The translations under genes were made by a program, and so were the position numbers. DNA of 53,971 nucleotides. Source: Pseudomonadota bacterium. GTDB lineage: Bacteria > Pseudomonadota > Alphaproteobacteria > Sphingomonadales > Sphingomonadaceae. Of this stretch, positions 38,154 to 48,927 are shown in pieces (the stretch's first letter is position 1; each line of letters starts with the position of its first letter). The notes beneath the pieces are model-generated. The model made no database searches, had not been told where the DNA came from, and worked only from the letters and a program-made list of their open reading frames with translations. The stretch spans positions 1 to 53,971 of the forward strand of contig JAFABD010000099.1 of NCBI GenBank assembly GCA_023426225.1, written 5' to 3'.

Positions 38154-38515
38154 TCCTCGTCGCGGACCAGTCGGCCGCCTTCGATCCGACGAAAGAAGCA
38201 ACTGCGCGCGCCCGTGTGGCATGCAGGACCGGCCGGCTCAACCTTGAGCCACAGCGCATCCTGATCACAGTCGATCCGCGCCTCGACGACCCGCAAGACA
38301 TGCCCCGAAGTCTCGCCCTTCTTCCACAGCCGGCCGCGGCTGCGCGACCAGAAATGCGCCTCGCCGGTGTCCAGCGTTCGCGCCAGCGCCTCGGCATTCA
38401 TGTGCGCGAGCATCAAAAGCTCGCCCGAGGCTGCGTCGGTCGCCACGGCGGTTATCAGGCCGGCGGCGTCGTATTTCGGGTCGAGCGTCAGCCCGCTATC
38501 GCGTTGGTCGGTCAC
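38150..38515 (-). CDS. hisI: Phosphoribosyl-AMP cyclohydrolase
   Basis: [23 protein letters not shown] and [10 protein letters not shown] motifs; AAGGAGG RBS before GTG 38515. Confidence 0.95.
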   Translation of the reverse strand: MTDQRDSGLTLDPKYDAAGLITAVATDAASGELLMLAHMNAEALARTLDTGEAHFWSRSRGRLWKKGETSGHVLRVVEARIDCDQDALWLKVEPAGPACHTGARSCFFRRIEGGRLVRDEE

Positions 38516-38637
38516 GCGATCCTCCTTAACCATCTCCGCGGCCGCGCGGGAACAAAACATTTGTGACAGGCGGGCGACAAACGCGATTCGAGCGCCTATA
38601 TGCCCGCTCGATTCCCCGCGAACCCCACCGAGGGACG

Positions 38638-40092
38638 ATGATTACCACCAATCCGTTCGACGATGACAAGCTGCGCGAAGAATGCGGCATTTTCGGCGTT
38701 TCCGGCGCCGATGGTGCCGCCGCGCTCGTGGCGCTTGGCCTTCACGCACTCCAGCATCGCGGCCAGGAGGCCGCAGGCATCACCAGCTTTGACGGGCATG
38801 AGTTCCATACGCACCGTGCGATGGGACATGTGGCCGGCAATTTCGACCGCGACGAGGTGATTCGGGCGCTCCCCGGACCCACCGCGTGCGGCCATGTTCG
38901 CTACTCGACGACCGGTGAGACGGCGCTGCGCAACGTCCAGCCGCTCTATGCGGAGCTGGCGAGCGGCGGCTTTGCGGTCGCGCACAACGGCAATCTGTCG
39001 AACGCGCTCCGGCTGCGTCGCGACCTGGTTCGCCGCGGCGCCATCTTTCAGTCGACCTCGGACACCGAGGTCATCATCCACCTCGTCGCGACCTCGGCAT
39101 ATCGTACGCTGATCGATCGTTTCATCGACGCGCTGAAGCAGATCGAGGGTGCCTATTCGCTGATCTGCATGACGCCCGAAGGAATGATCGCCTGCCGCGA
39201 TCCGCTCGGTATCCGCCCGTTGGTGATGGGGCGCCTCGGCGATTCGGTGATCGTCGCATCCGAGACGGTCGCGCTCGACGTTGTCGGTGCCGAATATGTC
39301 CGCGACGTCGAGCCGGGCGAACTGCTCATCATCAAGGGCAGCGAAATCGCCTCGCACAAGCCGTTCGCACCGATGGCGCCGCGGCCCTGCATCTTCGAAT
39401 ATGTCTATTTCTCCCGCCCCGATTCGATCAGCGAAAACCGCTCGGTCTATTCGGTGCGCAAGGCGATCGGCGCCCAGCTTGCGCTCGAGGCGCCGGTGGA
39501 GGCCGATCTGGTCGTGCCTGTTCCCGATTCGGGCGTCCCCGCCGCGATCGGTTACGCCCAGCAGTCGGGCATCCCGTTCGAGCTGGGGATCATCCGGTCG
39601 CACTATGTCGGCCGCACCTTCATCCAGCCCGGGGACAAGGTCCGCCACCTCGGCGTCAAGCTCAAGCACAATGCCAATCGCGAGCTGATCGCGGGCAAGC
39701 GGATCGTCCTGATCGACGATTCGATCGTGCGCGGCACCACCAGCCTCAAGATCGTGCAGATGATGCGTGAAGCCGGGGCCGCCGAGGTGCACATGCGCAT
39801 CGCATCGCCGCCGACGCGGCACAGCTGCTTCTACGGCGTCGACACGCCCGAACGCGCGAAGCTGCTCGCGGCCAAGATGGACGTGGGCGGCATGACCGAC
39901 TTCATCCAGGCCGACACGCTCGCTTTCATCAGCATCGACGGGCTCTATCAGGCGCTCGGTGAAGCACGGAAGCCGGGCGCTCCCAAATATTGCGACGCCT
40001 GCTTCACCGGCGACTATCCCACGACGCTGACCGACCAGGACGAGCTTCAGCCCGTCGATCAGTTCGCGCTGTTGGAAGAACGCGTCGGCTGA
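38638..40092 (+). CDS. purF: Amidophosphoribosyltransferase (propeptide and Fe-S type)
   Basis: Propeptide...[36 protein letters not shown]; Fe-S cysteines in CIFE, CFYG and CDAC. Confidence 0.97.
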   Translation: MITTNPFDDDKLREECGIFGVSGADGAAALVALGLHALQHRGQEAAGITSFDGHEFHTHRAMGHVAGNFDRDEVIRALPGPTACGHVRYSTTGETALRNVQPLYAELASGGFAVAHNGNLSNALRLRRDLVRRGAIFQSTSDTEVIIHLVATSAYRTLIDRFIDALKQIEGAYSLICMTPEGMIACRDPLGIRPLVMGRLGDSVIVASETVALDVVGAEYVRDVEPGELLIIKGSEIASHKPFAPMAPRPCIFEYVYFSRPDSISENRSVYSVRKAIGAQLALEAPVEADLVVPVPDSGVPAAIGYAQQSGIPFELGIIRSHYVGRTFIQPGDKVRHLGVKLKHNANRELIAGKRIVLIDDSIVRGTTSLKIVQMMREAGAAEVHMRIASPPTRHSCFYGVDTPERAKLLAAKMDVGGMTDFIQADTLAFISIDGLYQALGEARKPGAPKYCDACFTGDYPTTLTDQDELQPVDQFALLEERVG

Positions 40093-40191
40093 CGCAGATC
40101 AAGGCGTGCGGTGCCGCTTTCGCCAAGCGGCCCGCACGCCATCGTCCGCGCAGATCCTGCCGTGGGCTGGGCCTGAATGCCGCCAGGAAGA

Positions 40192-40905
40192 ATGATGACC
40201 GCCAAACCGCTTGCAGACCAGATTGCCCTCGTCACCGGCGCCAGCCGCGGGATCGGTGCCGCCACCGCACGCGCGCTTGCCGCAGCCGGAGCGCATGTGA
40301 TCCTCACCGCCCGCACTGCGGGCGCGCTCGAGGAAGTCGAGCAGTCGATCCACGAAGCGGGCGGCACCGCGACCATCGCGCCGATGGATCTGACCGAGAA
40401 CGAGAGCGTGGCGCGCCTCGCGGCAGCCGTCGCCGAACGCTGGCCGGCGCTCGATATGCTCGTGCTCAACGCGGGCGCGCTCGGGACGCTCAGCGCGTTT
40501 CCGGCCATCGACTTCAAGGAGTTTGCGCGCGTGCTGACGCTCAACGTCACCGCGCAGGCTGCGATTCTGGCGACGTTCGATCCGCTGCTCCGCCGTTCAT
40601 CGGGCGCACGCGTCGTTGGGCTGACGTCCAGCGTCGCACGCACGCCGCGCGCCTATTGGGGCGTCTATGGGGCGTCCAAGGCCGCCTTCGAAAACATTGT
40701 CGCGAGCTATGGCGAAGAGGTGCGGAACACCACCGCGATCCGGACCGCGATCGTCGATCCGGGGGCCACGCGTACCAAGATGCGCGAGCGGGCCTTTCCG
40801 GGCGAGGATCCGGCCAGCGTCAAGCCGCCCGAGACGGTGGCCGAGCGGATTGCGGCGCTGCTCATCCAGGGCTTTGAAACCGGGCATTATGAACGGGTCG
40901 GCTGA
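40192..40905 (+). CDS. SDR family oxidoreductase (YciK-like)
   Basis: TGASRGIG, NAG, YGASKAA and PGATRTKMRERAFPGED motifs. Confidence 0.92.
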   Translation: MMTAKPLADQIALVTGASRGIGAATARALAAAGAHVILTARTAGALEEVEQSIHEAGGTATIAPMDLTENESVARLAAAVAERWPALDMLVLNAGALGTLSAFPAIDFKEFARVLTLNVTAQAAILATFDPLLRRSSGARVVGLTSSVARTPRAYWGVYGASKAAFENIVASYGEEVRNTTAIRTAIVDPGATRTKMRERAFPGEDPASVKPPETVAERIAALLIQGFETGHYERVG

Positions 40906-40935
40906 CGCACCTGCACGCCGCCGCACTTAGACACC

Positions 40936-42327
40936 TCATCGCAGCGACGCGAACGCCGCAAGTGCCCTTTCACGCGCCGCGCGATGTTCGATGCGCTTGG
41001 CCGGATAGCCCGCAGGCCGACGGCCGGCCGCGTGCGGATCGTGGATCACATCGTCGTTCAGGTGCGCAAGTTCGGGCACCCAGCGGCGGATATAGCCCGC
41101 CGAATCGAACTTTTCGGACTGGCTGAGCGGCGCCATGATGCGAACGAACATGTTGGCATCAATCCCTGTCCCGGCGACCCACTGCCAGTTCACCGCGTTG
41201 CTGGCATAGTCGGCATCGACCAACGTATCCCAGAACCATCGCTCGCCCTCGCGCCAGTCGATCAGCAGGTGCTTCACCAGAAAGCTCGCCGCGATCATGC
41301 GGACGCGATTGTGCATCCAGCCGGTCGCCCACAACTCGCGCATACCCGCATCGACGATCGGATAACCGGTCCGTCCACGCTGCCAGGCGCACAGATCCGC
41401 CGCCGCGTCTTCATGGCGTGGGTCGCGCCACGGGAACGCGTCGAATACGGGCTTCCCGTTGCGCGCGCCATAGTCGGGGAGCTGAAGGATCACATTCTGC
41501 GCATAGTCACGCCAGCCCAGCTCGGCGAGAAACACCGGATCGGCGGCCCCCGCCATGCCCTCGGCCTCGGCGGCGAGCAGCCTGTGCCAGATCTGCGACG
41601 GTGTGATCTCGCCGAAATGAAGATGGGGGGACAGGCGCGAACTGCCGGCGATTGCGGGGAGGTTCCGTGCCTCCGGATAGGCGGCGGCGTTGCCCGCGAA
41701 CCGTGCGAGCGCCGCCTCGGCCCCGGCCTCACCCGGCGTCCACATCTGGGCAAACCCGGCAGCCCAGTCGGGCGCGTCCGGCAACAATTCCCAATCCGAT
41801 AGCGCGTCGCTCGACGGCCAGACATCCGGCGCCGTGATCCGGACCGGCGCGGCGAGCGGGGCCGCCGGCGGCATCCGCTGCTGCAACGCCCGCCAGAAAG
41901 GTGTGAAAATGCGATACGGCGTCCCGCCTCCGCTCCGTACGCTTCCCGGCGGGGCGAGATAGTTGCCCGCGTGGCAGATGAGTTCGAGCTGTTGGCCCGC
42001 GGCTCGTTCGGCGTTGCGCCACCAGGGTTCGTAATGCCGCACCGCATGGACCCGCGTCGCCCCGGTCTCGGCGGCGAGATCGGCCAGCACCGCCTCACTC
42101 CGGCCGCGCCGCAGGATCAGACGCGATCCGCGTGCGCGCAGGTCGGCGCCCAGCGCCGCCAGGCTGTGATGCAGCCACCATCGCGACGCGCCGCCCATTC
42201 GCCGGTGCCGGGGCGTCTCGTCATCGAGGATATATACCGGAACCACCGGGCCGTCGGCCAGCGCCGCGGCCAGTGCAGGCTGGTCGTGAAGGCGAAGGTC
42301 GCGGCGCAGCCAGAGGAGAGTGACCAT
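40936..42327 (-). CDS. CPD DNA photolyase (cryptochrome/photolyase family)
   Basis: WLRRDLRLHD, SRLSPHLHFGE, ELGWRDY, TGYPIVDAGMRELWATGWMHNRVRM and NWQWVAG motifs. Confidence 0.95.
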   Translation of the reverse strand: MVTLLWLRRDLRLHDQPALAAALADGPVVPVYILDDETPRHRRMGGASRWWLHHSLAALGADLRARGSRLILRRGRSEAVLADLAAETGATRVHAVRHYEPWWRNAERAAGQQLELICHAGNYLAPPGSVRSGGGTPYRIFTPFWRALQQRMPPAAPLAAPVRITAPDVWPSSDALSDWELLPDAPDWAAGFAQMWTPGEAGAEAALARFAGNAAAYPEARNLPAIAGSSRLSPHLHFGEITPSQIWHRLLAAEAEGMAGAADPVFLAELGWRDYAQNVILQLPDYGARNGKPVFDAFPWRDPRHEDAAADLCAWQRGRTGYPIVDAGMRELWATGWMHNRVRMIAASFLVKHLLIDWREGERWFWDTLVDADYASNAVNWQWVAGTGIDANMFVRIMAPLSQSEKFDSAGYIRRWVPELAHLNDDVIHDPHAAGRRPAGYPAKRIEHRAARERALAAFASLR

Positions 42328-42336
42328 TCCCCTGCC

Positions 42337-43299
42337 CTAGCCCGCCGCCGCGTCGCCGCGACCTGTCCCATCGTTCAGGAGCGCAGCCGTACCGGGACGC
42401 CCCGCCATCATCGCCTCGCCCATCGCACGGATCGCCGCGACATGCCGTGCCGCGACGGCCATGGCATCCTCGCCATAGCCGCCTCCGAGCGTCAGGGCGG
42501 CCGGAATGCCCCGGGCGCGCAATGTTGCGGCGATCCAGCGTTCGCGCGCCGCCAACCCCTCCGCGCTCAGTGCCAGCCGTCCAAGACGGTCCCCGGCATA
42601 GGGATCGACACCCGCCTGATAGAGCACGAGATCCGGCCCGAAACCGTCGATCAGCCCCGGCAGCGTCGCCGCGAGCGCCGCCAGATAGGCTTCGTCACCG
42701 GCACCGTCGGGCAACGCCACATCGAGCGTCGAACGGGCTTTGCGCACCGGGAAGTTCTTTTCCGCATGGATCGAATAGGTGGCGATTTCCGGCCGCCCGG
42801 CAGTCAGCGCGGCGGTGCCGTCGCCCTGGTGCACGTCGCAGTCGACGATCAGCACGCGCCGTACCACGGCGCTTTCGACGAGTCGGTGCGCGACAATCGC
42901 AAGATCATTGAACACGCAAAACCCGGCGCCGGTATCGGCAAGCGCATGATGGCTTCCTCCCGCCGTATTGGCGGCAAAACCCTGATCCAGCGCGAGTTGC
43001 GCCGCACGCCAGGTACCGCCGGGCACCATCTGCGCGCGCAGCGCCACCGCGGGCGTCACCGGAAAGCCGATCCTTCGCTCCTTCACCGCGGGAACGCGCG
43101 CCTCGACCACTTCGGCGACATAATCGGGATCATGGATCGCGCTGATCCACGCGAGCGGCATCGGATCGGGCTCGAACCAGGTAAAGCGCGAACCCTCGGC
43201 GCGAAGCAGGTCGCGGACCAGTCCGTTCTTGTTCCACAAATAACGACTGCGCGCGGGCGCTGGCGCCACATAGACCGGATGATGGACCAGCGGGATCAT
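42337..43299 (-). CDS. Zn-dependent histone deacetylase family protein (class IV/HDAC11-like)
   Basis: [29 protein letters not shown] and GGGY motifs. Confidence 0.92.
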   Translation of the reverse strand: MIPLVHHPVYVAPAPARSRYLWNKNGLVRDLLRAEGSRFTWFEPDPMPLAWISAIHDPDYVAEVVEARVPAVKERRIGFPVTPAVALRAQMVPGGTWRAAQLALDQGFAANTAGGSHHALADTGAGFCVFNDLAIVAHRLVESAVVRRVLIVDCDVHQGDGTAALTAGRPEIATYSIHAEKNFPVRKARSTLDVALPDGAGDEAYLAALAATLPGLIDGFGPDLVLYQAGVDPYAGDRLGRLALSAEGLAARERWIAATLRARGIPAALTLGGGYGEDAMAVAARHVAAIRAMGEAMMAGRPGTAALLNDGTGRGDAAAG

Positions 43300-43441
43300 C
43301 ACAATTCAGGCTAGACGGCCGTCGGCGTTCCGCCAACCGGGCCATCGGGTCAGTGTGCCACCCGGTTGCCGGCACCCGACAATTCGGCGGCGCGTGCCGA
43401 TGCGGTGGCGCAGGCGCGAGCGAGGCGCTACATCGCGCTCG

Positions 43442-43924
43442 ATGACCGACCCTGCCACGCTTCCCTATCGCCCCTGCGCCGGGGTGATGCTCGTCAACCG
43501 CGCCGGCCGCGTTTTCGTGGGCCAGCGCCTCGATACCGCAATCGAGGCGTGGCAAATGCCGCAGGGCGGGATCGACCCCGGTGAACAGCCGCTCGAGGCC
43601 GCCTATCGCGAACTCTGGGAGGAAACCGGCGTGGCGCGCGATCTGGTCGAGTTCGTCGCCGAAGCCGGCGAGGAGTTGGTCTATGACCTGCCGCCGGATC
43701 TGGTCGGTCGTGTCTGGAAGGGGCGCTGGCGGGGGCAGCGCCAGCGCTGGTTCCTCTTCCGCTTCCTGGGCAACGACGATCAGGTCGATATCGCCACCCC
43801 CGAGCCCGAATTCCGCGCCTGGCGCTGGGTCGAACCGGCCGAGCTTCCCGAACTGATCGTGCCGTTCAAACGCGTCATCTATACCCGGCTGCTCGAGCTG
43901 TTCGGCGACGCGCTTCGTCGTTGA
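43442..43924 (+). CDS. rppH: RNA pyrophosphohydrolase (Nudix)
   Basis: [20 protein letters not shown]...[17 protein letters not shown] and IVPFKR motifs. Confidence 0.94.
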   Translation: MTDPATLPYRPCAGVMLVNRAGRVFVGQRLDTAIEAWQMPQGGIDPGEQPLEAAYRELWEETGVARDLVEFVAEAGEELVYDLPPDLVGRVWKGRWRGQRQRWFLFRFLGNDDQVDIATPEPEFRAWRWVEPAELPELIVPFKRVIYTRLLELFGDALRR

Positions 43925-43989
43925 GTGCCAACGGTTCGACGCGATCGGGCCTTTTTCCCGCCGTTCGGGCCGCGCATAAGGAAAGCGTG

Positions 43990-44949
43990 ATGTCGCCTCG
44001 CTTGCTTCCCATTGCCTTTCTCATGTCCGCCACCGTTGCCGTTCCGGCGCTGGCAGCGCCTGCGGTCGACGATCCGGTGGCGGATCCAAAGGGCGATCCG
44101 TCGACCCCGGGCTCCACCCTGCCGCCGGTCATCAAGGCGATGCTCGATGCGGCGATGGAGTCGGGGAGCGAGGCTGACGTCAACGTGATCGTCAAATATG
44201 CGAAGACCGTGGCCCCGGAGAGTGCGGAACTGGTGCTGCGTACCGCGAACGACTGGCGCAACGAGCGTGCGGCACGCGCGGCGCGCAAGATCCGCGAGGC
44301 GAGCTTCTTCGATCTGGTCAAGGGTCACGCCGAACTCGGCGGCTATTCGACGGGCGGCAACACGCAGAATATCGGTGTCACCGCAGCGGTCGAGATCAAG
44401 CGGGAGGGGCTCGCCTGGCGCCACAAGTTCAAGGTGCAGGGCGACTATCAGGAAAGCCTGGGCGTGACGACGCGCGAACGGCTGCTGCTTGCCTATGAGC
44501 CGAACTGGAAGTTCGCCGACCGGGCCTATGTCTACGGCGCCGCGCAGTATGAGCGCGATCGCTTCTCGGGCTTTACCGATCGTGTTTCGCTGTCGTCGGG
44601 GGCGGGATACAGCGCGATCCGGACACCGACGATGAAGCTCGATCTCGAAATCGGCCCGGCCTATCGTTACACGCGTCAGGTCGACCGCACGACCGAAAGC
44701 AACATGGCCGCACGCGGGTCCCTCGATTTCGGGTGGAAGCTCACGCGGACGATCTCGGTAACGCAATCCGCCTCGGCCTATATTCAGGATTCGAACAGCA
44801 CGGTTTCGACGCGATCGGCGTTGCTCGCCAAGCTGATCGGGCCGCTCTCGGCCCAGTTTTCCTATGCGATGCAGTATGAAAGCCTGCCGCCCGAAGGTCG
44901 CAAGACCACCGACACGACCAGTCGTGCCGCGCTGGTGCTCGACTTCTGA
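43990..44949 (+). CDS. DUF481 (YdiY-like) outer-membrane beta-barrel with N-terminal helical extension
   Basis: Signal peptide, GGNTQN, YERDRFSG and LEIGPAYRY motifs, terminal Phe. Confidence 0.85.
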   Translation: MSPRLLPIAFLMSATVAVPALAAPAVDDPVADPKGDPSTPGSTLPPVIKAMLDAAMESGSEADVNVIVKYAKTVAPESAELVLRTANDWRNERAARAARKIREASFFDLVKGHAELGGYSTGGNTQNIGVTAAVEIKREGLAWRHKFKVQGDYQESLGVTTRERLLLAYEPNWKFADRAYVYGAAQYERDRFSGFTDRVSLSSGAGYSAIRTPTMKLDLEIGPAYRYTRQVDRTTESNMAARGSLDFGWKLTRTISVTQSASAYIQDSNSTVSTRSALLAKLIGPLSAQFSYAMQYESLPPEGRKTTDTTSRAALVLDF

Positions 44950-45003
44950 TCATCCCGCCGCGGGGGGTTCCACCCGCCCCATGATCCGCGCTACCAGCGT
45001 GGC

Positions 45004-46212
45004 ATGAGGGGAGTTTCAAAGGCAGAAGAGGCGATCATCGCCCGGGCGCAGGCGGCGCCGATGCTCGACTGGACGCGCGCCTGGGTGGCGATCAACAGCG
45101 GCACGCGCAATCTCGCCGGACTGGCGACCATGGGCGACACGCTGGCCCATGCGTTCGCGGCGCTGCCGGGCGATGTCGAACTGATCGATCCCGAACCCGT
45201 CGATGCCATGGCAGCCGATGGGTCGCGCATCGCCCTCGACCACGGGCGCCATCTGCGCGTGACGGTTCGGCCTGATGCGCCGCTGCAATTGCTGTTCACG
45301 GGCCATATGGACACCGTGTTCGGTGTCGATCACCCGTTCCAGACCGAGCGCTGGAACGCCGACGGCTCGCTCAACGCCCCCGGCGCCGCCGACATGAAGG
45401 GCGGGCTCGCGGTGATGCTCGCGGCGCTCCGCGCGCTCGAACACAGCCCGGCGGCAGGCGCGATCGGCTACCAGGTCATCGTCAACTCGGACGAGGAAAC
45501 CGGCTCGCTCTCCTCGCGCGGGTTGATCGCCGCGGCGGCCCGGGGACGTCGCGCCGCCTTCACCTATGAACCCGCGCTTCCCGACGGCACGCTTGCCGGC
45601 GCACGCAGCGGATCGGGCAATTTCTCGCTGTTCGTCCACGGGCGGAGCGCGCATGCCGGGCGCAACCCCGAGGATGGTCGCAACGCCGTCGTCGCGGCGG
45701 CCGATCTGGCGCTGCGGCTGGCCGCAGTGCGGCGCGCGGGGCTTTCGGTGAACCCGGCACGCATCGACGGCGGCGGTCCCAACAATGTCGTGCCGGACCG
45801 CGCGGTCCTGCGCATCAACTTCCGGCCCGCCGATGCGGGAGCGGCGGCCGAGGCCGATATCGCCATCGATGCCGCGATCCGCGCGGTCGAAACGGCGCAC
45901 CAGGTGCGGATCGAGCGACATGGGGGCTTCAACCGCCCGCCCAAACCGCTCGACGATGCCGCAGAGGCGCTGTTCGCGCTGGTCCGCGATGCCGGGACCG
46001 ATCTCGGGCTGTCGCTTGCCTGGCGGGCGACGGGCGGCGTTTGCGACGGCAACAATATCGCAGCCTGCGGCGTGCCCGTGGTCGACACGATGGGCCCGCG
46101 TGGTGGCGCCATTCATTCAGGGGAGGAATTTCTGATCACCGAATCGCTGTCCGAGCGCGCCGCCTTGTCGGCGCTCAGCATCCTGCGTCTGGCCGAGGGA
46201 GGTCGCGCGTGA
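45004..46212 (+). CDS. M20-family metallohydrolase
   Basis: GHMDTVF, GAADMKGG, SDEETGS, SAHAGRNP, DGN and GGAIHSGEE motifs. Confidence 0.92.
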   Translation: MRGVSKAEEAIIARAQAAPMLDWTRAWVAINSGTRNLAGLATMGDTLAHAFAALPGDVELIDPEPVDAMAADGSRIALDHGRHLRVTVRPDAPLQLLFTGHMDTVFGVDHPFQTERWNADGSLNAPGAADMKGGLAVMLAALRALEHSPAAGAIGYQVIVNSDEETGSLSSRGLIAAAARGRRAAFTYEPALPDGTLAGARSGSGNFSLFVHGRSAHAGRNPEDGRNAVVAAADLALRLAAVRRAGLSVNPARIDGGGPNNVVPDRAVLRINFRPADAGAAAEADIAIDAAIRAVETAHQVRIERHGGFNRPPKPLDDAAEALFALVRDAGTDLGLSLAWRATGGVCDGNNIAACGVPVVDTMGPRGGAIHSGEEFLITESLSERAALSALSILRLAEGGRA

Positions 46213-47231
46213 CCTTCCGCATCCGTGCCGCACGCGATGAAGATCTTCAGGCGCTCTACGAAATGGCGAAGCTCACCGGCGGGGGCTTCACCAACCTGCC
46301 GCCGGAGCGCGACGCGCTGCGTGCCAAGCTGGCGCGCAGCCATGCCGCCTTCGCGCGGGAGGAAGTCGGCCTCGTCGACGACCTGTTCGTGCTCGTGCTC
46401 GAAAATGTCGAAACGGGCGAGGTACGCGGCACCTGTCAGATTTTCACACATGTCGGCCAGATCTGGCCCTTCTACAGCTATCGCCTCGGCACGCTCACCA
46501 AATACAGTCGCGAGCTCAACCGCACCTTCCGCTCGGAAATCCTCAACCTCGTCAACGACCTCGAGGGCAGCTCCGAAGTCGGGGGACTGTTCCTTCATCC
46601 GGGTGAGCGCGCCGGCGGGCTCGGCATGCTGCTCGCGCGCAGCCGCTATCTGTTCATCGCACGCCACCGCGCCCGTTTCGCCGACCGGGTGCTCGCCGAA
46701 CTGCGCGGCGTGATCGACGAGGCGGGCGGATCGCCCTTCTGGGACGGTGTTGCGGGCCGCTTCTTCGGCATGAATTTCCAGGATGCGGACTCGTTCAACG
46801 CCACGCACGGCAACCAGTTCATCGCCGATCTGATGCCCAAGCATCCGATCTACACCGCGATGCTCTCCGAATCCGCACGCGCGGTGATCGGCCTGCCCCA
46901 TCCGAATGGCCGGGCAGCGATGCGGATGCTCGAAAATGAGGGGTTCGCCTTCGAAAACTATATCGACATCTTCGACGGCGGACCGACCATGACGGCGCGA
47001 ACCGATCAAGTGCGCACGGTGCGCGAGGCCCGGGCGGCGCCCCTCGTGGCGATCGCAGAGGACGGCCGCGATGGCACGCCGTCGCTCGTCGCGACCGGCC
47101 GCCTTGCCGACTTCCGCGTGGCTTTCGGCAGGGTCGCTGCGGCGGAGGGCGATGGGGTGGCGATCGACGCGAACTGCGCCGCTGCACTCGCAATCGGTGT
47201 CGGCGCCGAAATCGTCCACGTGGCCCGCTGA
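46209..47231 (+). CDS. astA: Arginine N-succinyltransferase
   Basis: GFTNLP, SEVGGLFL, LLARSRYLF, AELRGVIDEAGGSPFW and IDIFDGGPT motifs; GTGA overlap. Confidence 0.94.
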   Translation: MTFRIRAARDEDLQALYEMAKLTGGGFTNLPPERDALRAKLARSHAAFAREEVGLVDDLFVLVLENVETGEVRGTCQIFTHVGQIWPFYSYRLGTLTKYSRELNRTFRSEILNLVNDLEGSSEVGGLFLHPGERAGGLGMLLARSRYLFIARHRARFADRVLAELRGVIDEAGGSPFWDGVAGRFFGMNFQDADSFNATHGNQFIADLMPKHPIYTAMLSESARAVIGLPHPNGRAAMRMLENEGFAFENYIDIFDGGPTMTARTDQVRTVREARAAPLVAIAEDGRDGTPSLVATGRLADFRVAFGRVAAAEGDGVAIDANCAAALAIGVGAEIVHVAR

Positions 47232-48472
47232 TGCTGCGCGAGATCAACTTCGACGGCATCGTCGGGCCCAGCCACAATTATGCCGGGCTCAGTCCCGGCA
47301 ATCTGGCCGCGACACGTAACGCAGGGCGCGCCTCGTCGCCCCGCGCCGCGGCGCTCGAGGGGATCGCCAAGATGCGCGCGAACCTCGCGCTCGGGCTCAC
47401 CCAGGGCATCCTGCTGCCGCATCCCCGCCCCAATCACGGCTGGCTTGCGCAGCTTGGGGTCAACTATCAAGCGGCACCGCGCCACCTCCAGGCCCAGGCA
47501 TTGTCGGCGTCGAGCATGTGGGCGGCGAACGCGGCCACCGTCTCGCCCGCGCCCGACACCGCCGACGGCCGTTGCCATCTGACAGTCGCCAACCTCGTCA
47601 CGATGCCGCACCGCAGCCACGAATGGGCCGAAACGCTGCGCCAGCTTCGACTCGCCTTTGCCGATCCGGCATTCGTCGTGCATCCGCCGATCCCGGCTCC
47701 TTTCGGCGACGAGGGCGCGGCAAACCATATGCGGCTCGCCACCGGTCATGATGCGCCGGGCGTCGAGATCTTTGTCTATGGCGTCGCCGGCGGCCCTTTC
47801 CCCGCCCGCCAGCATCTTGAAGCGTCGCAGGCGATTGCCCGCCGTCACGGGCTCGATCCCGAACGAACGCTGTTCGTCCGCCAGTCTGACGCGGCCATCG
47901 CTGCCGGCGCCTTCCACAACGACGTCGTGGCGGTTGCCAACGGCACCGTCCTCTTTGCCCATGAGCAGGCCTTTGCCGATCGCGACGGCTTCTACGACGC
48001 GCTGCGCGCCATGCTCCCCGAGGTCGAGATCGTAGAGGTTCCCGCCGCCTCGGTCAGCCTTCAGGACGCGATCGCATCGTACCTGTTCAATGCCCAACTC
48101 GTGACGCTCCCGTCGGGCGAATCGGCACTCATCGTCCCCGCCGAAGCGCGCGACACGCCCAGCGTCTGGGCATGGCTGACCGATCATCTCGCGGGCAACG
48201 GCCCGATCCGACGCGTCGAAGTGGTCGACGTCCGCGAATCGATGGCAAATGGCGGCGGCCCCGCCTGTCTCCGGCTGCGCGTGGTCGCCGATCCCGCGAC
48301 GATCGACCCGCGTTTTCTGGTCGATGCGCAGCGGCTAGACCGCATCGCCGAGGTGATCGAAGCGCATTGGCCCGATCGGATCGCGCCCGATGCAATCGGC
48401 GATCCGGCGTTGATCGGTAAGATCGAGCATGCGCGTGCGACGCTGCTCGATGCGCTCGGCCTGTCGGGTTAA
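47231..48472 (+). CDS. astB: N-succinylarginine dihydrolase
   Basis: EINFDGIVGPSHNYAGLSPGN, SASSMWAANAATV, GDEGAANH, FHNDVVAV and SMANGGGPACLRLRV motifs. Confidence 0.96.
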   Translation: MLREINFDGIVGPSHNYAGLSPGNLAATRNAGRASSPRAAALEGIAKMRANLALGLTQGILLPHPRPNHGWLAQLGVNYQAAPRHLQAQALSASSMWAANAATVSPAPDTADGRCHLTVANLVTMPHRSHEWAETLRQLRLAFADPAFVVHPPIPAPFGDEGAANHMRLATGHDAPGVEIFVYGVAGGPFPARQHLEASQAIARRHGLDPERTLFVRQSDAAIAAGAFHNDVVAVANGTVLFAHEQAFADRDGFYDALRAMLPEVEIVEVPAASVSLQDAIASYLFNAQLVTLPSGESALIVPAEARDTPSVWAWLTDHLAGNGPIRRVEVVDVRESMANGGGPACLRLRVVADPATIDPRFLVDAQRLDRIAEVIEAHWPDRIAPDAIGDPALIGKIEHARATLLDALGLSG

Positions 48473-48495
48473 TTTACAATTTACCATATGAGCCG

Positions 48496-48520
48496 CCGCG
48501 GAAATCCCGGATTTCCGCGG
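48496..48520. repeat. Perfect 12-bp inverted repeat
   Basis: CCGCGGAAATCC-C-GGATTTCCGCGG between astB and the 70-aa gene. Confidence 0.85.
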
Positions 48521-48549
48521 TTGGCCCGTGGCTTGCTTGGGTTTCCGGC

Positions 48550-48762
48550 ATGTTCGACCGGATACGCAGCCTGTTCACGATCAAGTCGAAGTTCGAGGCG
48601 TTCCTCGTCATCTACGGCCTCGGCACGGGTGCCGTGGAGCGCGGCGTCCATTATCTCCACCAATATCCCGGCTGGGGCGGCTGGCTGCTCTTTTCGGTGT
48701 GCCCGATCGCGGTGTTCATGGCGGGCGGCCGCATCCTCGACAGCCTCGAACACGAGGACTGA
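48550..48762 (+). CDS. Small (70 aa) hypothetical membrane protein
   Basis: MFDRIRSLFTIKSKFEAFLVIYGLGTGAVERG...YPGWGGWLLFSVCPIAVFMAGGRILD; host-like codon usage; two hydrophobic segments. Confidence 0.75.
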   Translation: MFDRIRSLFTIKSKFEAFLVIYGLGTGAVERGVHYLHQYPGWGGWLLFSVCPIAVFMAGGRILDSLEHED

Positions 48763-48818
48763 CCACAGGCCGCCACGGTGGCGCCGCCTGTCAACCCAAC
48801 CGACGATGATGGAAGAAA

Positions 48819-48895
48819 TGGCGCGCCCGGAACGATTCGAACGTCCGACCCTCAGATTCGTAGTCTGATGCTCTATCCAGCTGAGCTACGGGCGC
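48819..48895 (-). tRNA. tRNA-Arg (ACG)
   Basis: GCGCCCGTAGCTCAGCTGGATAGAGCATCAGACTACGAATCTGAGGGTCGGACGTTCGAATCGTTCCGGGCGCGCCA; 77 nt with encoded CCA. Confidence 0.97.
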
Positions 48896-48927
48896 GCAGA
48901 GCAGGGCAAGAACCCTGCGATGTAATT

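Noticed and set aside
38526..38533. TTAACCAT CtrA half-site between hisI and purF
   Set aside because: A lone half-site adjoining the hisI RBS, with no second half.
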